Below, piece after piece: positions 49,475 through 61,918 of a DNA stretch of 64,000 nt. Source of the DNA: Piromyces finnis finn (lineage: Eukaryota > Fungi > Neocallimastigomycota); the NCBI GenBank assembly GCA_002104945.1, contig MCFH01000069.1, positions 124,001 through 188,000 on the forward strand, in the 5' to 3' direction. The notes beneath the pieces were generated by a model. That model was not told the origin of the DNA. It worked only from the letters and a program-made list of their open reading frames with translations, and made no database searches. Position numbers and translations under genes: made by a program. Every line of letters starts with the position of its first letter. Positions within the stretch are counted from its first letter, which is position 1.

Positions 49475-50203
49475 TAGGATTTATTTATAATTATTATTTT
49501 ATTTTTAAAAAAAATAAAGGCAAATGTTTCTATTTATAAAACCCCCTTTTTTTTTTTTTATGAGATTTTTAATATTTCATCCTAACTATTATCCTTTCTT
49601 TCCTATAAAATGTAAAACTTTTATAAATCATGGATAATAAAAAAATTATTATTAAATAAAGTTTATTTACTGAGATATATACATTTATTGTGTTACTGTA
49701 TATACAATAGAAAATCATTAGAATTAAAAAAGAAAGTACCATAAACATAAAAAAAAAAAAAAATTATCTTATTTTTCTACAACTATGAAATACCATAATC
49801 TATTTTATTCAATAAAAAAGTAATAATAATTAAAAAAAATAGTAAATACTAAAAAAAATAAAAAAAAAAAAATATTGAATTATTCTTTTTTAAAATTTAT
49901 TATTATTCTTTTTTAACCACTACTTCACTACTTACATCCTATCAAAAAGCAAAATTTGTTTTCATTTTTGATATGAAACTTTAAAAACTTTAAATCCTTA
50001 TTGTAATATTAAAATCAAAATTCCATATTGCTCATACAACAGTTAAAACATTAGGTTACAATGTGATGAAACAACAAAAATTCATATATAAAATTATAAA
50101 ATTATAAAATTATAAAATGGTTAGTTTAAAAAAAATAGTTCTTATATAATTAAAATAAAAATAATATAAAATATAATATAAAAAAAATATATATATAAAA
50201 AAA

Positions 50204-50238
<35 letters not shown>

Positions 50239-50475
50239 GGCATCAAATATTTTAAACTTTATTATTAATTTAATTAAAATTATAATACATGTAATAAAAA
50301 AATTAAAAATAAAAATAAAAATAAAAAAAATATGTTTAAATAAACAAAAATGAATAAAAATTGGGTATAATGTATTCTAGTAATTTTAATTAAAGTAAGA
50401 AAGCCACTATCATACTAAAGTATAATAATTGTATTTGACTTCCAATGGGACACCGAGCCAAAGATCAAAATTTTA

Positions 50476-53244
50476 TCATGGGACAAAATTATGATCTCCA
50501 TTGGTTGCGCTGGCCCTCCTGGCCTGTCTTACTGTTTCTTCAGCATTGACGCTCTTGGATGTTGCTTCAAACCTTTTGAACATTGACCATTGCTGGCCAA
50601 TAGCAAAAGGCATGATTTTGGTTAGAAGTTCCGCGGTTACCGTCAAGAATGGTGTTCCTTCGTTAGTACCAGATTGAATCTGACGCTTACAAAGTTCTTT
50701 CCATTCCCTTGAATTGTAATTAATATTGTTAAAACTTCTTCCCCCAAGAAGGAATTTAAATATTTTACTGCACACACTAGAATAATCATACACATTAGTA
50801 TTCACCGGATTATTAGAACTATTACTATCATTAACTAAATTACTATCTAAATTAGAATTATTATCTTCACTATTGCTATCATTACTAATATTATTATTTC
50901 TACTACTATTATTGTTATTATTATTATTGTTATTATTACTATTGTTACTATTACTATTGTTAATATTATTAGTACTATTGTTACTATTACTATTATTGTT
51001 ATTGCTATCTCTACTGATATTAACATTTTCATTATTATTGATGGGACTGTTGGAATTACGTTGACTGAAAAAATATAGTAGCTGGACTATGGAATTATAA
51101 TGTTTAATACGGATATCTCTAAATGTTGGACAATCTAATAACCAATGTTTAATACTTTGAACACCACACTTGCAACATGGACAGTAGTTAGGACAAACTG
51201 GATCAACAAATTTAGCAGCTTTGGCAACTCTAGCATCCAACTTGTATCCGCTTCTTGCTTTCAATAGCCAGTAGAAGCCATAGGCAAACTCTGGGTATTC
51301 ATAACATAATTTGATAAAATCTTTAGTTTCAATAAATTTATTATCATCATAATATTGCGCTTTGATTGAATTCCCTTTGAGATCTTTCCAATAAAAGTTT
51401 TTAACTGCTCTAACATCTCCATGTTTCTTTAGTTTTTTATCAAGTGTCCTACTTGATTTGCACCACGTGTATTTTCTAAATTTAGGAATGTAATTGACAA
51501 GGTGTGAGATAATACAATTTGAGTTTTTCCATTTGTTAAAACATCTAACCTGAGCTAACGCACATTTAGCTGACTTGACTTCATCAATACTAATATCTTG
51601 GTTGATATCCCATTCATCAAGCATAGGGAGTGAAAAACGTTTATTCGTTGGTTCTTCATACCAATGCTCCAAATCAAGACTTACACCACTTGGATCTGAT
51701 GCAAGCTTTTCGAAATGATCATGCCACACTTCTAGTTGTTCTTCTGTAGCAACAACTAATTCTCCATTTTTATTTTTAATTGGTTGAGCAATAAAGAAAG
51801 AATCTTTTCCAATTTTTGCAGTTTTCTTGATCCATTTCCAGGCCTTCTTAGGATTATGACTCTTCGTATACTCACATCCTGTTTTAATCCAATGAAGATA
51901 TTCTTGCTTCCTAAATTCATTACATCTTTTGTGGATGTAATCAATGAGTTTACGGTAGATTTTAATTCTCTTAATAAATTCATCTATATCATAAATTCTT
52001 TCTTTTTTAAATCTCTTATACAACTTCATTTTGATTTTTTGAAGATTAAAAATTTGTTGTGAAATATGAAATGAAGACTTTATAACATTATTTGCTGAGG
52101 TAATACTGAGCTCGTCTGCAATTGAAAAAGCAGTTGAAGTAAACTCTTTGGAAAGTTCATCTGTTGAAACATTAGGATCGTTGAATTTTGCTGAAAGTAT
52201 TTGGAATTTATTATGACTGATAATAGATTCCTTTTCCTCAATACATTTTAATCTATTCCATTTCAGAATTTTCTTAGGAACATTAAAGTCATTAGAAAAA
52301 TCTTCCATAGGAATAATTTTACCATTAATAAGAAGTGGCTTATGGTCTGATACTGGATAAAAATTATTTATAAATGATCCTGAGTGAATAAGATCTTTCA
52401 TCTTCGAATTGATAAGAGCATGGTCAATGTCGGAAGATTGATCACCTCGAGTCCAAGAGATAGTCGACCCTCTAAGCGGAAGAATTTCCCAATCTCCTAA
52501 TCCATTAGTTGATAACCAGTTGGATAATTTTACTTTAGACATATTAAAATCACCAACAAGAATCGATGGATGGGATGAATGAGTTTGTAACCACAAGCGA
52601 ACTTCTAACTTTGCATGATCAACATAGATGTTGTGATGACTATGAGGCATATAAACATTTCCAATCGAGCATTTGAATCTATTCCAAAGACTAAAAGTAT
52701 AAATAGAAATAATATACTTTCCAGAGAAGTTTTCAAGTGAGGCTTGACACGAATTGTGAAAACCTAAATATAAACCTCTCATTCCAGGAACTGATTCATC
52801 AGCTTTCTTGAAAAAGTGTCTATAGTTTCGCAAAGTAACACGACAAGGATAATCTGTATTCGAACCAGAACCATTACCAGTTTCTTGGAAACATAAAAAT
52901 AATGGTTTGAAAATAGCTGTGAAATAGCTAATACTATCTCTCTTTTCGTGATTCCACCCATTGGTGTTCCAACTAAGACAAAAAGAAAAGTTATCAGGCT
53001 TGTTGGATGAGGAAGAATCGTTGCTATTATTATTATTATTAAAGTCATCGTTATTAATGGATGATGCATCAGAGGAATAAGTAGAACTATTACTAGATGG
53101 CTGTGAAGCTGAAGAACTATCAACTATTGAACTGTTATCAGAGTTGATAGAACTATTAGAATTAATTGTTGAATGTTGAGATTGAAATTGTGTTTGCTAT
53201 AGATCTGGAATATTTTCATGATGGGAAACTTGTTGAAGATCTTG
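50476..53244 (-). CDS. LINE copy 2 ORF2: APE endonuclease fused to the C-terminal CCHC region, no RT
   Basis: Open frame reading ...DISIDEVKSA|KCALAQVRCF...; ORF track length of 785 aa equals 1218 - 438 + 5. Confidence 0.85.
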
Positions 53245-53697
53245 TTAAAGATCTTGTTGAAGATCGGATTGTTGATGAGATTGTTGAACTGATTGTTGAA
53301 CTGATTGTTGAATAGAATGTTGATGTTTATTAGAAACTAAAATTTTACGTTTGAGAGTGGAAAAAGTGTATTTGTGATTCCTTCTACTACGAGCTGAAAA
53401 GGAAATTGAGGTAACTGAAAGTTTCTTCTTTAACATGTGTAAGATTTTAATACAATCTTTCGATGAACCATGAACCTTGACTAAGAAAAAGTGATCATTG
53501 AAAGTCTGAAAATATTTAACACTAATAACTGAATTAAATTTATCTTCTAGAATAACCTCGAGTTTTTCCCATAACATATTTACTGACCATGATCGAATAC
53601 CACGGATAAAGAAGGAGCGAATATCATCTAAGGGGATACCATAAGACCGGGTACCACGTCTGATATAATTCTTATCTTTAATATAAAGGACTGACAT
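53245..53697 (-). CDS. LINE copy 2 ORF1
   Basis: 150 aa, nearly identical to 39208-39660, with the same TAA. Confidence 0.7.
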   Translation of the reverse strand: MSVLYIKDKNYIRRGTRSYGIPLDDIRSFFIRGIRSWSVNMLWEKLEVILEDKFNSVISVKYFQTFNDHFFLVKVHGSSKDCIKILHMLKKKLSVTSISFSARSRRNHKYTFSTLKRKILVSNKHQHSIQQSVQQSVQQSHQQSDLQQDL

Positions 53698-55274
53698 GAT
53701 AATAAATTCTAATTAAAAAATATTGAATATAAAATAAATACTAATAAAAATTATAAATATAACGTATATGGAAAAAATCTGTCTCTGTCTCTCTTCTTAA
53801 AAGTACTGGATAGTACAAAAATTGTTACGATGCTTTGTTTAAAGTTTCTTTTTTGAATTCTAGTTGTAAATTTTCTTTAAAAATTATAGTTTTGGTTTGT
53901 TGTTAGTAAATTTGATTCGCTTTTTTGACACTAAACTTGTTTGACTTTACTTTTCATTAAATATTTAAATTGGTAAAAATTTGAATCAAGAATGTTGACA
54001 CCAGAAAGCTTGTGAATAGTATTTTTACATGATGTAGAGTGAATCAGTCTCTTACAAGAACAATACAACAATAGCTACATGAATATAAAAATACAATGCA
54101 AATGCTAAAGTTGACTACATTGGATTCTTACAAGAGAAGAGTAGTACTACATGAATACATGAATAAAAGAAAAAATACAGCAACAAAATGTATTACTCTT
54201 CTAATTAAATACTATACAAACTTACCTGAATATCAAACATTCAACTTATTCATCAAATACTTAAATTCGATGAATAAAATGTTTTTTAATCGCTCAGTAC
54301 CATGAGCTTAGTCCTAATAATTTTCCCTTAAAGACTAACCAAGCATCCATTTCGCAATACTTGGATTTAATTCTTTCTACTCTCTCAGTACCATGAGCAT
54401 GCATGAGTAGACCCCCTTGAGAAATTCCATTTATTAAATAAATGAAGGCACGTTCCCAAGAGGGAAAAAAAAAAAAAAAATTTAAAGTTGGAAACATTAT
54501 TTTGTATTACCTTTTTTTTTTTTCTCATAAATTATGTTGGAATGTTCATACTTTTAAAATATCTTTGAAAAAATGAATATAAAAATATCATACTTATTAT
54601 TAATAATATAATGGTTATTTTTTCATAAATTATAAACTAATTTGTCTATAGTTAAATATTTGATTATTCTATAAAAATTCTTTAATAAAAAGAATGAGAA
54701 TTAAACAACTATTGTTTATCAAATCATAAACAGGGCTCTTTACTCTATAAGTAGTTTTGCTTTAATGTCATCAAATCCATTTAATAAAAAATATAAAACT
54801 AAAAAATCATTTTTAATACATTATTATTTAATACACACACACACACTTATATCTATCTTATCTATATATAAATAGATAGATTTTATAATTGGTTAGACTA
54901 TTAACTAAATATAATTTATTTTATTTCAACTTTTAATTTAAATTTTTATTATTTATTACTTTTTTTTACTTTTTACAATTTTTACAACTTTTAGGTTTTT
55001 TTTATTATTATTTTTTAATTCTTATATTTTTGTTGAATAATACCAATTTTTCAATAAAATTGGAATCATATGTTTGTTGATTACGTTATTTACTTTATTT
55101 TAAAATAATAATAGTTTATCTTAATTATTACTATCTATAATGTAATATAAAATAGTAGTAATCCTACTATCATTATTATTATTATAAATTTAGTTTTTTT
55201 TTTTAAATTTTATTATGAAGATGATTATTATTTTTTTTTTTAATTCTAGGGGATATTATTTATATAGATTGTAT

Positions 55275-56562
55275 CTAGAGAAGCATGTATAAAGCAGATA
55301 AAATAATAGTAGCAATAACATAAAAGTTTACAGTCTTAGTCATGAAACCATCACTCTTAAGATTCATTACTTCATTATTTAAATTAGTTGTAATGCTTCT
55401 GTTTTCTTGGAAATCAGTATTACTATAACTATAATCTATTGTATCAACATCAGCATTATAATTATTTTGAACAACATTATTATTTGGAGGAGCACCACCG
55501 TTAAGTATGGATAAAGCATTACCACCAATAGTGGACCAACCACCAGTTGGATCTCCAAGACATTCAGCAACAGTAACAAAATTATATCCTTGGAATATTC
55601 CATTATTAATAATATATGGTACTATTTCTTTTACAGTGTGTGGTTGAACATCATGCATTAAAACTAAATAGTTTTCTTTCTTTTTATAATATTCGTTAGT
55701 GAGAAATTCTTTAGCAGCTTTTATTCTAGCATTATGATCCTTATGTTTAACACCATTAACGACTCTGTTCCAATCATTAGTATCAGTGTCCCATTGAATA
55801 ACTTTATAGTTAAATTCTTCAAATAACATTACAGTAGCTTCATCAATTTCTCCCTTTGGAGCACGGAAATAAGTTGGGTACTTTCCTGTATTTTTATAAA
55901 CAAGGTCTTCAATTAAAGATAAGGATTCAAGTACACTTTGCTTATCAATAACACCATTTTGTTCAGGAATTTCATGATTCCAAGTATGAGATGCAATTTG
56001 GTGACCTTCTTCAGCAACTCTCTTTAAAATAGCTTGCTTTTCTGGATCAGTTGATAATTCTGGCCAATAATTATTACCATTAATAAAGAAAGTAGCATGA
56101 ATACCTGCTTCTTTTAAATAATCAAGTAATTCAGTAGTGTATTGGAATGGTCCATCATCAAATGTAAGAGCAACAGTATTTGGTTCAGTACAAGAACGAA
56201 TAAGAGTACTACTTACAGAAAGAACTTTTATAATATTTATATATAATTTAAATATAAATAGATTATATAAAATAGGTTATGAAATAAATTAATAATATTT
56301 TCCGATAATAACTTTTTTTTATAAAAAATAATTAAATATAAATAAATTTTTATATAAAAATAACATTTTATATTTAAACTATCCATTCATTTAAACATTT
56401 TATTTCTATAAATTGAATAGGTTTTCTTTTTCTTTTTTTTTTTTTTTTTTTATAATACATTAATTAAAATATTATATTTATTTCAAAGTATATTGAATAT
56501 TAAACAGTTAAATAATAATTACTTGAACAAAGTCCCAAAGCAGCAAATTTAATGAAATGCAT
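55275..56562 (-). CDS. CE4 polysaccharide (chitin) deacetylase, secreted, probable GPI anchor
   Basis: Exon 1 56562-56523, intron, exon 2 56224-55275 (329 aa). NodB motifs TFDDGP, HTWNH, RAPKG, WDTDTNDW and LMHD; hydrophobic C-terminal tail. Confidence 0.93.
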
Positions 56563-58957
56563 TTTTATATTTTTATTAATTTTTCATTTAATTTATTTGA
56601 TTTATATTTATATTTATTTCAACTACTATTAATTGTGTTCTAAGTAAATATATATAAATTATAGAATCATTTATTATTATAAATATAATGTTTTACTTTG
56701 TAATATGCTGTAACTACCAAGTTGAAGTATAATTTACTATTAAATAAACTTGTAATTTATTTATATTTATTTTATATAGTTTAATTATATATGTCTTAAA
56801 TATAAAATATATATACTTTTTTATATATATTTTTTTATGTTTTTTTTTTTTTTATTATTATTATTAATTTGATTTATATCTATTTTTTTTTTTTTTTAAA
56901 AAAAATTCTTTTTTTTTGTGACTTATTATTTTATATATTTTCTTAAAAAATAGTAATAAAATGTCAAACTTTTATTTTCATATATTATTTTATATTAAAT
57001 ATTAATTTTATAATTAAATTAATTTATGATTTAATTAATTTTATAGGTCATTATAAAAAAAAATTTGTTTATTTAATTAATCATTAATTTAGATAAATTA
57101 AAATAAACTCTAATTTTTTTTAACAGTACATCATCATCATCATAATAAAAAAATAGGTTTATTTTTTTGTGTTAAATGATTATTATATTTATTTTTTATT
57201 AGTTAAAACTTGACATTACCTTCCTATCTATCTCTAATTTTTAAAATTTAAACTATATAAAATAAATAATTTTCATTATTTATAATAATGTGAATAATGT
57301 AATAAATATGAAACCTACATAAATTTAACTTTTTTAAGTTTATTAATTTTTAAAAAATGGAATATTCATTTTTTCATTTAATTTATTTTGTACCCAACTT
57401 TGATAAATAAATAAATTAATAGAAAATAAAAAAAAATTTTTTTTATGAAATGTCAATAAAATTTAAATGCAAATTTTTTAAAGTTTTTTTACTTTACACC
57501 AATAGTCTTTGATGTTTTTTTTTAAATAGTAATTACAGTTTAAATTAACATTACTAATAAAAGTTTTGTAAAAAAAAAAAAAAACACGTTACTTTCTAAA
57601 TCAGATACGGATCATTCATTAGATTATAAATAAATTTTAGTAAAATCACTAGTTAAAACCAAGATACGAGATAGCTTCAGGGGTTATAGCTATTATTTTT
57701 ACATTAATTAAAGACATTTAACTAGCGAATGTTAATCGATTGATTGTAGTATAACTTGGTTTAAAGGTACAAATGATAATTCAAGTATAATTATTAATGG
57801 AAAATTAATAGCTTTGGTAAAAGAAAGGATTGTGTTTAAATCTTTCAATTTAGCGTTCAGAAATACTACTTAAGAAATTAATATTTATAATAAAATTATG
57901 GTGGTGGATGTAATTTTCTATATATATAAAAAAAATAATTGAATCCTATTAATATATTAAGAAATAGTTTTTAAATTTGTATATAAAATTATATAAAACA
58001 TTTTAATAATTTTTTAATACAATTCATGTATATTAATATATTAAAGTTATTACTATTAAATATTATTAAATGTAATTGTTTTATACAAAATGTACAAATC
58101 CAAATGGAAATTGTTCATTAATATTTTATATGTGTGCTATTTTATGATAATTATTTATTAAATACATTTTATAATTTATTTAATAGACTAAATAAATATA
58201 TCTTATATATTATAAATAATAATTTCTTTATATGGTAAAATGATAATTAAATAACTATCCAGAAAAAAAAAAAAAAAAGATAAAAAATCGACTTTTTTTT
58301 TTTTATACTTTAAACCTTAATTATAATAATTATTACTTTTAATAAATACTTTTATATAAGAATAAATAATTAATATGAAATAACTATAAATTAATGTCCT
58401 TTGAATTAGCAATAATTTTTATAATTTATAGTTATATATAGATAACTATCGAGTTTATATTCAGTTTAATATTCACATTTCTGCAATGTTATTATTATCA
58501 TCATTATTAGTATTATCTATTTTTATATAGAATATTTAAAGAATAGAATAAATATTTTAAAATACTTGATAGATTTCATTTTAATTGAATTAAACCATTG
58601 ATAATAATAATAATAATGATAATTGTAAAAACAAAAAAATTTTATAATAAATATAAATTCTATTTAGATCAAAAATTTTTTTTAAATAAATTAATATCAT
58701 TACATTTTATAATATTTAAACTTTGATATGGAAAAAAAAAAAAAGTATACTTTTTTCTAATGGTCTAGACTGTAAAAGAATTTTACCTCAATAATGAACA
58801 CAAACCAAAAATTAATAAGAAACAATACTTTTATTATATATTTAAATAATAAACTTTATTTTTTATTTGATTTTTCTAGAAACTATAAAAAAATAAAAAA
58901 ATTCTTATTTTATTTAAAAAAAAAAATAAAAAACTATATATATATATATATATAAAT

Positions 58958-60700
58958 ATGAAATACCTTAATTTAATTTTCTCCATTTCATCAATTCTAT
59001 CCATTTCATCTATATCGGCTGCCCCAACGTTTACAAGTAGATGTGGTGATGGATATGGTGAATGTGATCCTGGCTTTTGTTGTAGTGAATTTGGATGGTG
59101 TGGTAAATCCGATGACTATTGCTTAATCTCTAATAACTGTCAACCAAAATTTGGTAAATGTACTGGTGGTATCTCTACAGATGATCGATGTGGTCCACAA
59201 AATGGTTATACTATATGTCCATCTGGGGAATGCTGTAGTCAGTATGGATGGTGTGGAACCGAAGGTATTCATTGCGGTACCGGATGTCAATCGGAATTTG
59301 GTCAGTGTAATAATTTTTTACAACCAACTTTAACTTTTAATACCATCCCTCCATCAACAACAACTAATATTTCTTCTCAAACTACTAAATCCAATACATC
59401 TCTTCAACCTACCTCAATCAAGAGTAAATGTGGTGTAGGATATGGGGAATGTGATCCTGGCTTTTGTTGTAGTGTGTTTGGTTGGTGTGGTCAATCTGAT
59501 GATCACTGTTTAATTTCAAATGGTTGTCAATCTGAGTTTGGTAAGTGTATTGGTGGTATCTCTACAAATAATCGTTGTGGTCCACAAAATGGTTATACTG
59601 TATGTCCATCTGGGGAATGTTGTAGTCAGTATGGATGGTGTGGAACCGAAAGTATTCATTGCGGTGCTGGTTGTCAATCCGAATTTGGTCAATGTAATAA
59701 TTCTTTAATAACTAGTACCGTCCCTAAAACCACCACCACCACCACAAATAACATTTTTAAAACTACAACCACTACTACTACAAAAAAGACTACTACAACC
59801 AAGGCTACAACAACTAAAGCTACAACCACTAGAACGACTACAACTAAAACTAGTACATCTCCTACAACAAAAAGTAGATGTGGTAAAGGATATGGTGAAT
59901 GTAGTCCAGGCTATTGTTGTAGTGAATATGGATGGTGTGGAAAAGAAGACAGCCATTGCCAACTTTCAAAAGGATGTCAATCTGAATTTGGTACATGTAC
60001 TGGACTTTCTACGAATGGTAAATGCGGACCTCAGAATGGATACACTGTATGCCCATCCGGTAAATGCTGTAGTCAGTATGGATGGTGTGGAACCGAAAAT
60101 ACTCATTGCGGTATTGGATGCCAATCAGAATTTGGAAAATGTTCTACTCTTAAGGAATGTTCCCCAAAAAATAGTTACGGAACTATTGACAAAGAAGCAT
60201 TACCAAATGCACCATACATTTGGAGCTTCCTTTTAAGTAAAATTGAAAATGCTTATGGAGCTGCCGGTATGATTGGAAATCTTTATGCCGAATCTCGTTT
60301 AAGATCAAATGATCTTGAAGGCATTTACGAAAAAAGTCTTGGAAAAACTGATGAACAATATACCAAGGAAGTTGATAATGGAACATACAAAAAATTTACA
60401 ACTGATTCAGCTGGATATGGTTTAGTACAATGGACTTCAAGTAAACGTAAACAGGGTCTTCTTGAATATGCTAAAGAGCAAAAAAAGAGTATTGGTGATC
60501 TTCAAATGCAACTTGACTACTTCTGGATAGAACTTAATAATAATTATAAAGACGTTCTTAGTGCTTTAAAAAGTGCTAAATCAGTTAAGGAAGCTTCTAA
60601 TAAAGTCGTCTTAGAGTATGAAATCCCTAAAGACCGAAGTAACAGTGTATTAGAGAAGAGAGCCAAATTTGGAGAAATGTTAAAATTAGCATGTAATTAA
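58958..60700 (+). CDS. Secreted 6x hevein/CBM18 chitin-binding protein with a C-terminal phage-tail-lysozyme-like domain
   Basis: 580 aa, intronless, with signal peptide. Six CG-x-C-x4-CCS-x-(F/Y)GWCG modules in three pairs. C-domain IWSFL..GAAGMIGNLYAES..AGYGLVQWT..RKQGL..DLQMQLDY..EL..A..V..EYEIP. Confidence 0.92.
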   Translation: MKYLNLIFSISSILSISSISAAPTFTSRCGDGYGECDPGFCCSEFGWCGKSDDYCLISNNCQPKFGKCTGGISTDDRCGPQNGYTICPSGECCSQYGWCGTEGIHCGTGCQSEFGQCNNFLQPTLTFNTIPPSTTTNISSQTTKSNTSLQPTSIKSKCGVGYGECDPGFCCSVFGWCGQSDDHCLISNGCQSEFGKCIGGISTNNRCGPQNGYTVCPSGECCSQYGWCGTESIHCGAGCQSEFGQCNNSLITSTVPKTTTTTTNNIFKTTTTTTTKKTTTTKATTTKATTTRTTTTKTSTSPTTKSRCGKGYGECSPGYCCSEYGWCGKEDSHCQLSKGCQSEFGTCTGLSTNGKCGPQNGYTVCPSGKCCSQYGWCGTENTHCGIGCQSEFGKCSTLKECSPKNSYGTIDKEALPNAPYIWSFLLSKIENAYGAAGMIGNLYAESRLRSNDLEGIYEKSLGKTDEQYTKEVDNGTYKKFTTDSAGYGLVQWTSSKRKQGLLEYAKEQKKSIGDLQMQLDYFWIELNNNYKDVLSALKSAKSVKEASNKVVLEYEIPKDRSNSVLEKRAKFGEMLKLACN

Positions 60701-61842
60701 ATCTAAGGAAAACTATGTAAATAATATACATATATCTAAAAAGATTCTACTAAATTTATTAATATTTTAATAATTTAGTTATAATATAAATAATCAAATA
60801 TATATATAAAAACAACACAGTAGTATAATAAATAATTAATTATTGATAATAATATAAAATTTATTATTTTTATATTAATATTAATAACTATATACTTAAT
60901 AAAAAAAAATAATAAATGTAAAATAATAATATAAAAAAAAAATAAAATAAAAAATAAATAAAAGTAAAGAATGAAAAATAAAAAAAAAAATTAAAATTCT
61001 TTTGTAAAGATTATATACCTTTTTTTAAGTTTTTATTTATAATTTTTCATTTATATCTTTATTCTTACTAAAGGACAAAATATTAAAATGACCGTAATGT
61101 TTTATATATATTCATTAGTATTTAATAAATAGTATTTAAATTAATATTCCTTTTTAGAAATTATATTTAATATAAATTTTAAATAAAATCACAAAAATCT
61201 TTATTTTTAATAATAAAGGAAAGTAATTTATATAAAAATATTTGATAATTATTATATACATTTATAAAAAATAAAAATAATTCGATTTCTCTTTTCAAAG
61301 ATTATTAGAAAAGAAATTGAAGGAAGATATTTATTAAAAATAATGATTTGTAAATAGAACAATTTGTGTAGAAATTAGAATTTACTTTATGGAATTTTTA
61401 CAAAATTTCAAATAAATGTAAACAGAAATTCATTATTATTTATAATTTTGTCTCAATACATGTTCTTTACAAACTATTTTCCGGTTTTCAATTATAAAAC
61501 ATAATAGATTTATCAATGTTTTATTAAAATATGAAACTATAAGTATTTCTTTATTTTCTTCATTTTAAAAAAAAAAAAAAAAAAAAAGATTAAATATTCT
61601 ATTTGTTTCTATTATTTCTTTTAATATAGTATAGAACTATATCGTTTTAATATAATATATCTTTCTTTATATTATTTTCTCTAGATAATAATAATATAAA
61701 ATATATAAAAAATAACAATATAAAAATGAAATTAAATGTGATTTTTCAAGTGTTAACATTCAAATTTTTAATAATTTATTATCTAAACTTTATATTTACT
61801 GGAAAATTGATCCTGTTTAATTTAATTTTTCATTAAAGTACA

Positions 61843-61918
61843 TTTCATAATATTGGCCTTGATCTTTTTACACATTTCTAACTAGCACAATTGCAATAAT
61901 AGCTGAAAAAAATAGCAT
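61843..61918 (-). pseudogene. Truncated 5' copy of the PI-PLC-dockerin gene
   Basis: Reads MLFFSAIIAIVLVRNV, then a 7-bp deletion and loss of homology; lies at the edge of the inverted duplication. Confidence 0.8.

Larger units (their letters stand above)
50208..54464 (-). mobile_element. LINE copy 2, full 5' and 3' ends but a 1314-bp in-frame deletion of the RT domain
   Basis: Poly(T) 50208-50235, then the reverse complement of copy 1. The junction at 51569-51574 (GTCAGC) corresponds to 41331-36 and 42645-50. Flanks are A-runs (A11 at 50197-50207, A16 at 54465-54480), a possible low-complexity TSD. Confidence 0.96.

Noticed and set aside
51569-51574. Splicing as the cause of the RT deletion
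   Set aside because: GTCAGC contains GT and AG, but splicing would remove the hexamer's GT...AG. The junction keeps one full copy, which fits microhomology-mediated deletion.
59151-60386. ORFs 59151, 59520, 59705, 59880 and 60183
   Set aside because: Alternative-frame or antisense shadows of the CBM18-lysozyme gene.
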